A stretch of DNA of 62,591 nucleotides, counting the filler, from Corallochytrium limacisporum Hawaii (Eukaryota > Protista > Pluriformea), in NCBI GenBank assembly GCA_002811645.1. It is 6 parts of 6 records of this genome, joined end to end, with 100 filler letters (N's around TTAATTAATTAA, not from the genome) between each part and the next. Parts side by side here need not be neighbours in the genome. Positions count along the whole stretch, not along the records: positions 1 to 4,333 come from PDIP01000216.1; positions 4,434 to 24,727 come from PDIP01000130.1; 4 more parts are not named here. One strand, given 5' to 3'. How positions within the stretch are numbered: position 1 is the first letter of the stretch; every line of letters starts with the position of its first letter. The translations under genes and the position numbers were made by a program. Below the pieces are notes generated by a model. That model searched no databases. It was not told the DNA's origin and saw nothing but the letters and a program-made list of their open reading frames with translations. This document shows positions 1 to 9,219 of this stretch, in pieces.

Positions 1-414
1 ATGATGAAGACATTCTTTGTAATTGCCGTTGGTGCTATTGTCGGTATGGCTGGCGCATCTCCCGTTCTTAATGGCGAGCCCGATGGCCAGTGCCAAGGCG
101 AGTACCAAGAGTGCTTGTCAGGCTCTGAGTGCTGTGATTATGCAGGGTGCGAAAAGGTACAACGTGTGTGCGTTCCTGGCAATCCGACTGTCGGCCCTTA
201 CCGCATCAATGCTCCATGCACCAGTGACTCAATTTGCTGGTCTAAGCACTGTGAGAACGGCTTCTGCGCTCCTAACCCCAGCGGCCCCCTCCTAGAGAAT
301 GGTGAAGAGTGCACATATGACATGAGCTGCGCTGGTGGTTGGTGTGACCCCACCGGTGGAAACCCCGTCTGCAACGACCGGACTCTGGACCCGATTGATC
401 CTCGCAAGTGGTAA
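1..414 (+). CDS. Small secreted cysteine-rich protein (knottin-like module followed by two further Cys-rich modules)
   Basis: Signal peptide MKTFFVIAVGAIVGMAGA; CQGEYQECLSGSECCDYAGC...C has ICK-like C-C-CC-C-C spacing; further modules CTSDSICWSKHCENGFC and CTYDMSCAGGWC. Confidence 0.75.
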   Translation: MMKTFFVIAVGAIVGMAGASPVLNGEPDGQCQGEYQECLSGSECCDYAGCEKVQRVCVPGNPTVGPYRINAPCTSDSICWSKHCENGFCAPNPSGPLLENGEECTYDMSCAGGWCDPTGGNPVCNDRTLDPIDPRKW

Positions 415-622
415 AGGACTCCTCGGTTGCATGTAGTCCTCGAACACTGAGTGCACATTAAATCGGTTACAAGCCAAGCAAATATTCTTTTTCAGCTACT
501 TTCCATGACTGTGTGTAGCTAGAGCCAAGTGAATGCTCAATAAAACGAAAACTTTGTAGAGGCGAGTGTTTCGCTCACCACAATTTGTATCGATCACCTT
601 CACTTGTCGTATTGGAAGGTAG

Positions 623-1514
623 CAGGTAATCAATATCATCCAGAACACCAATGAATTAGTTTTCAACGCAACTCTGCAGATTGTGCTGGGGCCCGTTGTC
701 TCCAACGGAGGAGAAACGAGGCCAATGTGCTCGAGCAAGTGAACCTGTAACAGCTGCAACAGCAGCGCACTTCCAGCCGCCACGGACAACATGTCAGGAT
801 TTTCGGTACAGTATACCAAAATTTTCCAAGCCCGTGTCTGGGATGAGGTAGTGACCAGCAGCATGGCAACAAAGCCCAACAGCTTTCTGCATGCCAATTC
901 AAACGCCCAGTGCGATAATTTTACCTATTCCTACTCAAGAACTGTTCAGCAAGAACTGACTACCAGCCTTAGCACTACTGTGACGACCTCCACGCAGGTT
1001 GCGGCATCATTTGAAGAGAGCTTCAAGGCAGGCTTGGACTTTAAAGTAATTTCAGACTCGGTTCAAGAAACGGTAAAGGCTAGTCTCCAAGACAGCTTTA
1101 GTGCCTCACCCACTGACGGAGCTACCAAATCCAACTCAGTTTCGCTTGAATCGAATCTAAGCAACACTGCCACAGCCGTCCCTCAAAATGTCCTGAACCT
1201 CACGGTATGGACAGCACAATACGCGGCTGAAATCGACCTAGTGGTTTTTGTTTCTCAATCGCCGATCGAGTTCTCCGTGGCCCGGGGGAGGGAACGGGGA
1301 CTCTGCCGCCCGGGAGCCCGCCACACAACCTTCAGCCCACAGGGCCACTTCCCGGTCTACATCCAAAGGAGCCCCTCGGCTATGTTGGTGACCGAACGAT
1401 TGGTATTCAATCCACCGGGCGGACGCCTGTGTACATGAGATTGAGGATACTACTGGTACTGCGCAAGGGTACAACACTACAGTACAAGCGGGAGTCAAAG
1501 TTTCAGAAGGGTAA
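623..1514 (+). pseudogene. Probably degraded aerolysin/ETX-MTX2-like beta-pore-forming protein (main open segment 791..1438)
   Basis: Ser/Thr-rich strands FTYSYSRTVQQELTTSLSTTVTTST flank an alternating hairpin SFEESFKAGLDFKVISDSVQETVKASLQDSFS. In-frame TGA at 740-742 lies upstream; a plausible terminal strand (GTAQGYNTTVQAG) sits in another frame at 1431-1514. Confidence 0.5.
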
Positions 1515-1592
1515 CGGTGGCGGAAGTACCCAAGGGCCGCTAGAATTGATGGTGATAGCATCGTAGGAGGGATTCACCGCAAATTTCCAAGT

Positions 1593-1670
1593 CGCATCAT
1601 CTTTAACCGTGCTTATTTGGCTGTGCATGCCCGCATCATCTTTAACCGTGCTTATTTGGCTGTGCATGCC
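1593..1670. repeat. Perfect tandem duplication of a 39-bp unit
   Basis: cgcatcatctttaaccgtgcttatttggctgtgcatgcc x2. Confidence 0.95.
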
Positions 1671-2465
1671 CTATGGTTTTTCTATCGAAAACTGTCTTCT
1701 TTGCGGTTCGGCTTTCCTAGGAGAGCACGGGTGCTGGAGAAGGGCGGGCTAGGGGCTTGCTTGTGGTGGAATGGTGCGAATGCACATGGACATACGGCTG
1801 TGTCGGCATATAGACCCATCCAGGGAGTGATGGCTACACAGATACAGATGTCGGATCACATACTGCCATACTACCGCACTGGAGTTTGAAAACAAGGATT
1901 TCATGTTCCGGGGAACCGGTACCTACTTCCAATCGGAACATCAGATATTATGTATTTCCGGTATCGCTATCTAATTCGGCACCCAGACACTAGGGATGGA
2001 TGTCGAAAGGGAATTGCTGTCTTGACCCGACGTTCTTTTTGTCGTAGGTGTATTACCTCTAGCGGGAGATAGGATAGGCGGAGAAATGGGGAAGACACAA
2101 CGTCGCGTGGGGCAAGATGGTTGTGCTGATGTGTGGCTGGGCACATAACAAACAGCGAAAATGGCATGGTCGAGTGAAGAAGAGACATGTGTACGTGTCA
2201 TCCCAAATAATGCTTATTGTGCGATTGCACTCCAGATTGCATGCATGCCCTCCTATCCTATGTAGGGTGTTTGGCAGTCACAGTTGGAATAGAGATACGC
2301 TGGTGTTTGGAATTGAATGACAGGATGAGCCCACAATTTCCGCACATGCACACCGGCGACACAGTGAACAAGAGTCCCGAAAACGAAAATCGAGTCCGGC
2401 TCTACGGGTTACGGTTCACAAGGATCAGCATTTTGGTGTGGATCATCAGGATTGCTCATGGAGAA

Positions 2466-2546
2466 TGTCTCTGTCTAAAGATGTATCCATGGAGTGTCGC
2501 TGTCTAAAGATATTATTCATGGATCGTCACTGTCTACATAGATGAC
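2466..2546. repeat. Degenerate ~30-bp tandem repeat, about 2.7 copies
   Basis: gtcNctgtcta(a)agat...catgga recurs at ~2466, 2495, 2525. Confidence 0.7.
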
Positions 2547-3479
2547 TATTTGCGACATTAAGGTGCTGCTCCATCTGGCCGATCGGAACTCCTGCCAGAA
2601 CTCTCCGGCCACGGTCGAAGATATACGTAGCATGCTGCTGGTGGCAACCAATCTTGCATCAGGGTTCATAATGTATCTCAGTGTGTATCTGAGACACATG
2701 CGACTGTACCCTGGCTATCCCATGCTTTGCTGCGCTTCAATGATCCTCTGATCCTCATCTTCTACGATCTTGCTCTCTTCGGGATTTGTTTCTGCTTTTG
2801 CCAATGGACAAGCACGCTGCTATCCATGGTAATATCATGTAAGGCATGACACCATGACTACAGATACAGGTTCGCGTCAGCAACCTGGTGTGTAATGCCC
2901 CAATCGCACCAACCACTGGCCCCAAAGTGTAAGGACCTGGCAAATGGTTGCCAATTTCGCCGGCTTTCCGGACCGCGAAAATTCACCTGAAGCCGGCCTA
3001 GTCTGGTTCTCGCTTCACAGCCTGTGAACCCAGCTCATACGCCCAACCTCCCCTTACTTATCTATGCTCGGCTCCCCCTCCGCCAATTCCTGGCCATATC
3101 AGTCACGAGGGAGAGCGATGGTGTGTCGAATTTTTGCACCGATACCCCCCCCGGGGTAGACTCAGCGGAGTTGGCAGCGGCAGTTGTGTACACTTAGGGC
3201 AGGGCTTGACCGGCCCAAGGTCCCCCGGCCCCCTCCCTTCCCCTCCTGCTGCTCTAGTGGATGAACGCATTGTATAGTTACTGCAATTGGGAGGGAGGGG
3301 CGGAGGGTTGGGGGGGTTGAGTTGAATCGGGCCAAGAGAGGAAAAAAGGGGGGGGGTGTCCGTCAGTGGTTGGACTCATTGCGATGCGACAGCGGAAAAA
3401 TTGATACCCCTGGAACTTGGCGCTAGTAGAAAATTGGCGACAATTTTGTTGTGACCGTAGAAGGTAACATCCGGGTGCC

Positions 3480-3900
3480 ATGGCAAAATGCCGGACAAGG
3501 GATTCCAGAACAAGGACTCCCTAAGCATTTCCCTAGCCATACTCATGACCGTTCACTAGATGAAGCCTCCATCCCAGATGTTCATTCTCAATACTGGTGT
3601 CACAGCATTGAACTGCGCCAGTCTTTCGAAACGTGGGATCATATCGCAATCAACTGCTCCATTAGCAACAATTTCGCCCTTCACGAAGGACTGCACCACC
3701 GCATGACACTCGGTCGGAAGATCGATGCACTTTTTGAAGGGGCTCAAAGTTAGCTCGGTGGGGCAGTGTGCATGTGCTTCAAACCAAACTGGCTGTTAAG
3801 GACACCGCGGACATGGCCGAGTAGAGATAGTGCAACACGTACTCATTTGTCAGTTTGCGACTCAAATGCCAAAGTTCGGTCCTTTTGTCATTTGATAATG
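3480..3900 (-). mobile_element. Possible Ty1/Copia integrase relic
   Basis: Minus-strand translation **TVMSMAREMLRESLFW resembles Copia RT(L)xxMARxMLxxSxLxxxFW; TELWH upstream resembles the GAG-pre-integrase LWH; interrupted by stops. Confidence 0.3.
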
Positions 3901-4333
3901 TTGAAGGACAAATGTGCGAATGTGGACACTCTTGGTGTGGTGTCCTTGGTACGTCCAGCTCTAAACCGGACATGCCGCCGGCACTTATCCGGAACGGCGC
4001 GGGTTGAGACTTAGGGGGATAAGAAATCACGGTGAAGGTTACACAACTGTGAGCTAGAGCGGATGGGCCAACGGTTGTTCTCGAACCGGTTTTCCAAAGA
4101 TTTTGCAATAGTTGTCATTCACCAGTTCTTTCTTTTTGCAACTATGCGCTACGTACATTGTCCGGCCACTTGCCACCCCTTCCGAGATCTCCGGGTGATC
4201 CGGTATCTACGGTGTTACCTACCTTGTACGAGTACTACTACTGATTCTTGAGTATTTTGTTTAGTGGGAATCCTCAGTGGGCGACCGTCACCGTATTATT
4301 CAATACGATTGCTCAAACGTTGATAAGCATGGT

Positions 4334-4433
4334 NNNNNNNNNNNNNNNNNNNNNNNNNNNNNNNNNNNNNNNNNNNNTTAATTAATTAANNNNNNNNNNN
4401 NNNNNNNNNNNNNNNNNNNNNNNNNNNNNNNNN
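4334..4433. other. Artificial contig linker (N44-TTAATTAATTAA-N44)
   Basis: N runs around a six-frame stop spacer. Confidence 0.98.
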
Positions 4434-5573
4434 GAATTTCTCCCTCCCTCCTTATTCCGGTTGATTAAATGTGATTTGGAGCAATATTTCGACGCAGAGG
4501 ATAGTATTTTTTTTTCCTCCTTCGTTTCTCTTCATGTTACTACGCAGGAATACGTTACGCTGGGATGGGTGGTGGTTTCGGGGTACTGGGGGCGCAATAC
4601 GGAAAACCCTGAACCCTGCGGGACGGGAACCAAATGGGTTGGGGAAACATTCCCTTGGACCCAAGAAATGACTGAAAAGATGTCTTGGATGCTGGTGATC
4701 ACCATCATTAAGCCTAGGCAGTGCCAGAGCAACCTGTTTCACCATGCCCACCATGCATGATATGAGACTAGTAGGATTATCATATGCTTTTGGACAACGA
4801 AGAGCATGGGACTTTGCTGACAAGCTTGACACGCAGTGTCGCCTACAGAGAGCTCTATGATTGTTTGTTTGTATCCATGTCTTCACTCTACACCTGCGCT
4901 CCTGTCTCCGGCTCTAATACCTCGCAAGCATATCAGTCCTAGACAAGAGACAAAGGGTTCAGACGAAGTCACCCGGTTTTACCACCGACTCTGCCTTTCG
5001 AACGGATTAGCCGGTGGTCTATGCTGTATCCAGAGACCTACGCACTTCTTCTCCACCATTGGGGCCCAAAACGTCACAGCCAGTCGACCGGCGGTTGTAT
5101 AAGCTCAGGCACACAACCGCAAAATCCTCTCACATCTCATGGGCAGACAGGAAGGGGTTCATTCTTCCACTTCGGTCCTGAAAGTATTGAGAATCCCACA
5201 CCTGAGATAGAGGTCAGGACCACCGTGCACAGCTCCCGAATAGCCCCTCCCCCTCTCCTACTCCCTTTCCCCCCTCGTCTCCACCAGTCACACAGAGGTG
5301 AGAGTGTTACGCGCTGGCAACGCTTTCCCTATGTCTTTTTTTGCCCAGTGCGATCGTATTCCGACAATTCTTATATTTTCGGAGTTGTCCAACTCAGGAG
5401 AACACAACGTTATGGTCTAACATATTGTGTTCACGCCTGGATACGAATACCATTGGAATGGGTAGAGAGGTACTAGATGGAGGTGACACGAAAGCTGACA
5501 AAGCAAAGGATCATCAATACAAACCACATTTGTCAGTATCTTATGATCATATAACATGTAATTGTACACTATC

Positions 5574-7412
5574 ATGAGTTCAGCATACAGCAAGGAAGAA
5601 CCTGCCTGGGGCAGCATCAATTCGCTTTCCATGGCCACAGCGCCTACCGCGCCAGATCAGATTCCCCACTTTAACGCAATCCAACGGTCTTCACTAACAG
5701 AGTCATCCAATGTTGGCATAAAAAACCGATGCCAGAAGAGGTTGCAGGGAGAGAGTACAGCAGACAGAGATATCTCCCCGTCAGAAGGACCCCCTTCCTA
5801 CCGCAGTGGTGTGGATATGAACTTGCATCGCCGGGGCTCCGACGATCCCAACACAAGCCGCGAGCACCTGGTCGACACCAAGGCCGGTATCAATCAGGTC
5901 GTTGCTGGTTTCCTTACGTTTATGGTCATCGGTGTAATGTCCCAGGCTTGGGGTGTGTACATTCCTCGTATTGCACAGGACTTGAATGCGAGCGTGTCTC
6001 TTGTGGCCTGGCCCGGTGCCTTGTCCCTGGCACTCAGGGCTGGCGCAGCACCGTGGGCAGGCGGTTGGAGCAGTAGATGGGGTACACGGAGGATCATCGC
6101 CATTGGTGGAGTGTTGGTGGTGGTTGGTACTCTATTGAGCACTTGGGTCAAAGCCGTTTGGGAACTTTATATCACGTATGGTATTTTGGTCGGTATGGGG
6201 CTCTCCCTGATCATGTACCCGAGTGTAGGACTGGTGCTTCAGTGGTACCGTCGCAAGAAGGCTTTCACGCTCGGTGCCGCCATGGCCGGTTTAGGTGTTG
6301 GCGGCTTCATTTACGCCCCGACTGCAAGCCACATGATTAAGCAAGTTGGGTGGCGGGTGACTTTGAGGGGCACCGTGATTGGCGTGGTCATTCTCCTTGC
6401 CTTAGCACTGGTGTTGATTGAGGATCTGCGCCCCAAGCAGCGCAAACAGTCCACTCTGGACCTCCACCTATTCCGGGAACCGCGATTCACCCTACTGTTC
6501 ATGCACAACATTTTCTTTGCCTACAGCTATGCGGCTCCCTTCTTTTTCACCGTAACATGGGCAGAGATATACGGGATTGATTCCACACTGGCCGCCTTTG
6601 CATCCGGTCTCGTGTCCTTCTCGAATGGTGCCTTCAAGCCGCTGCTCGGTTGGATTGGAGACCGCACTAGCCGTCCCGGTGTCTTCTTCTTTGCCATGGT
6701 GGCTGGTGCATTGGCCTTATATGTCTATCCTCAGTGCCGCACTGGAGTGTCCCTGATTATCATCAATATTGTCTTCGGTTGCTTTGCTGGTGGGCAACAA
6801 TTCATTCAGAGCGCTGTCGTCCAAGATTGGTTCCCGAGCTATGATCCCGCTCGTGTCGCTGGCCTAAGCGGTGCGGGCCGGGGGATCGGTGAATTGGTTG
6901 GGCCGGTGAGCATCGGTGCCATCCTATCCTTCAATCCAGGTCTGGCGTTCTACGTATCCGCCATTATGATGACGGTGTCTGCGCTCATGCTATTGGTTGC
7001 GATCCTTTGGCCGAAGTTGCCCTGGGCACAACCTCAGACGCCTGCAGAGGTTCAACGCTACCGAGTTGTCGATCAGACCACAGGTGACCCCAATGGCCGC
7101 ACCGGTCCACTGTCCGAGCTGCATCGCTCGCTACACTCCGCCACCTCCCATGAAGACATGCACAGTCACAGCGATGTCAGTGAAGGAAACAGTGAGGAGA
7201 ATGATGGAGAGGAAATTGAAATGCGGTCTTTCTCCCCAAAACGGCAGCAGTTGCACACGGAGCCAGTAAAGGCACAGGAGTACAGTGACCGGCCTCCTCG
7301 GATCAATTTTGAGATGGAGCCGTGGAAGGCCTCACGCACCCCTTCGCCGGGAGGGTTTGCAATTGCACCCCACAGTAGCACTGCTGGCATGGTGTCACCG
7401 GCATCACAATAG
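5574..7412 (+). CDS. MFS transporter, monocarboxylate-porter (SLC16/MCH-like) family
   Basis: About 12 hydrophobic segments; motif-A-like GGWSSRWGTRR and GWIGDRTSR; LYITYGILVGMG; QWYRRKKAFTLG. First ATG at 5574 (ORF track starts at a TTG). Confidence 0.88.
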   Translation: MSSAYSKEEPAWGSINSLSMATAPTAPDQIPHFNAIQRSSLTESSNVGIKNRCQKRLQGESTADRDISPSEGPPSYRSGVDMNLHRRGSDDPNTSREHLVDTKAGINQVVAGFLTFMVIGVMSQAWGVYIPRIAQDLNASVSLVAWPGALSLALRAGAAPWAGGWSSRWGTRRIIAIGGVLVVVGTLLSTWVKAVWELYITYGILVGMGLSLIMYPSVGLVLQWYRRKKAFTLGAAMAGLGVGGFIYAPTASHMIKQVGWRVTLRGTVIGVVILLALALVLIEDLRPKQRKQSTLDLHLFREPRFTLLFMHNIFFAYSYAAPFFFTVTWAEIYGIDSTLAAFASGLVSFSNGAFKPLLGWIGDRTSRPGVFFFAMVAGALALYVYPQCRTGVSLIIINIVFGCFAGGQQFIQSAVVQDWFPSYDPARVAGLSGAGRGIGELVGPVSIGAILSFNPGLAFYVSAIMMTVSALMLLVAILWPKLPWAQPQTPAEVQRYRVVDQTTGDPNGRTGPLSELHRSLHSATSHEDMHSHSDVSEGNSEENDGEEIEMRSFSPKRQQLHTEPVKAQEYSDRPPRINFEMEPWKASRTPSPGGFAIAPHSSTAGMVSPASQ

Positions 7413-7907
7413 AGACTGAGAAAATCACAAGAAAAAAAAATAAAATAAAAATGCAAAAAGGAAATGTGAGCCCTTGAAAATGTAATTGGTGCGAGTGAGC
7501 GCCCGGAGTGCTGAATGACCGGGCTTTGTGCGCCCAGCGATTTTTGTTTGTAGGGCGACCTCTCCCCCCGCAGGGTCTCTCCTCCGTTGGTCATGAAAAA
7601 GGGGGGAGGCCACACTTGGTCTGTGTGCCCTCAAACGGTGGAGCGCGTGTTGGCCCCTCACCATAAGGACTTGTTTCGTCCGGAAACCAAGAACCGAGGA
7701 CGGGTACTCAAGGACATTAACAAGTTGTTGGTAGAGCCCTCAGGAACCGGTAGAGTTCCTCTGCTTAGCACAGTGATTAAACTGCTCGAATATGATTGTT
7801 GTTTAAAACGGATAACCAATATACAAAGTTATGTGAGGGAAGGATCAGGGAAGGAAGAAAGGAAAACAAACAAGTGGTAGAAGGTCAAAGGCTCCGAAAC
7901 TCATACG

Positions 7908-9014
7908 ATGGGGATTCTCGAAAAGATTAAAGAGATCGAGGCCGAAATGGCCCGAACTCAGAAGAACAAAGCCACAGAATACCACTTGGGCACCCTAAAG
8001 GCGAAATTGGCCAAGCTGCGGTCGCAATTGATTGATCAGTCGGGCACGGGCTCCGGGGGAAAGCCAGGAGAAGGCTTTGATGTGATGAAGTCCGGTGACG
8101 CACGGGTGGCAATGATTGGGTTCCCTTCCGTTGGAAAGTCCACGTTCCTGAGCAAAGTAACAAAGACGAAATCTGAGACTGCAGCTTACGCTTTCACTAC
8201 ATTGTCCTGTATTCCCGGAAACATTGATTACAATGGTGCACGAATCCAACTGCTCGATCTTCCCGGGATTATTGAGGGTGCTTCACAGGGGAAAGGCCGC
8301 GGTAAGCAGGTCATTGCCGTAGCTCGCACTGCTGATCTAGTGCTAATGATGTTGGATGCTGCCAAGGGAGGCAAGCAGAGGGAGCTCTTGACCAAAGAAC
8401 TAGAGGACGTAGGCATCCGACTGAACCAGCGGCGTCCGAACATTACCTTTAAGCAGAAGAAAGGCGGGGGCCTATCCTTCAATGCCACGTGCAAATTGAC
8501 CCGTCTGACAGAAAAACTGGTCTACAATATTCTGGCTGAGTACAAAATCTTCAATGCGGATGTGCTCATCAAGGAGGACATTACTCCCGATCAATTCATT
8601 GACGTCGTGGAAGGCAATCGCATATACATGCCCTGTCTCTACTGCTACAATAAGATCGATCAAATTACCATCGAAGAGGTCGATCGCATTGCCCGTGAGC
8701 CGGACTCTGTGGTAATCTCTTGCAATGACGATCTCAACATTGATGGACTACTGGAGTCGCTGTGGGAGAAGTTGAACATGGTCCGGGTCTACACAAAGCG
8801 GAAGGGTGAGTTCCCGGACTTTAGCGGTGGCCTGATTCTGCGCCAGAACCCGACGGTGGAACACGCCTGTCACTCTGTGCATCGGACCATCACAGAAAAT
8901 TTTAAATACGCTCTGGTCTGGGGATCAAGTGCGAAGCATAATCCGCAAGTAGTAGGACTTCAGCATTTGCTGGAGGACGAGGATGTGATTGAGATTGTCA
9001 AGAAGGTGGGATGA
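7908..9014 (+). CDS. DRG2: Developmentally regulated GTP-binding protein 2 (OBG family)
   Basis: MGILEKIKEIEAEMARTQKNKATEYHLG; G1 GFPSVGKS, G3 DLPG, G4 NKID; C-terminal TGS domain. Confidence 0.95.
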   Translation: MGILEKIKEIEAEMARTQKNKATEYHLGTLKAKLAKLRSQLIDQSGTGSGGKPGEGFDVMKSGDARVAMIGFPSVGKSTFLSKVTKTKSETAAYAFTTLSCIPGNIDYNGARIQLLDLPGIIEGASQGKGRGKQVIAVARTADLVLMMLDAAKGGKQRELLTKELEDVGIRLNQRRPNITFKQKKGGGLSFNATCKLTRLTEKLVYNILAEYKIFNADVLIKEDITPDQFIDVVEGNRIYMPCLYCYNKIDQITIEEVDRIAREPDSVVISCNDDLNIDGLLESLWEKLNMVRVYTKRKGEFPDFSGGLILRQNPTVEHACHSVHRTITENFKYALVWGSSAKHNPQVVGLQHLLEDEDVIEIVKKVG

Positions 9015-9219
9015 ATGCGGAACAATAAATGTGAATCGTTGGACTACACCAAGACTGTTGTCCATGTGTTTGATCTAAGGAATGGATTTTATGTAATCTT
9101 AAGCGGCGATGGTGATGATGGATGACAATGAGACATGATTCAATGTAGGTTATGAAAGAATAACAGGATGGCAACGGTGAGCGAAGCGATCAAACTTGCT
9201 GTTTGGGAGCGAATATCAG

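Noticed and set aside
4378-4389. TTAATTAATTAA repeated five times in the window
   Set aside because: Artificial six-frame-stop spacer inside N linkers
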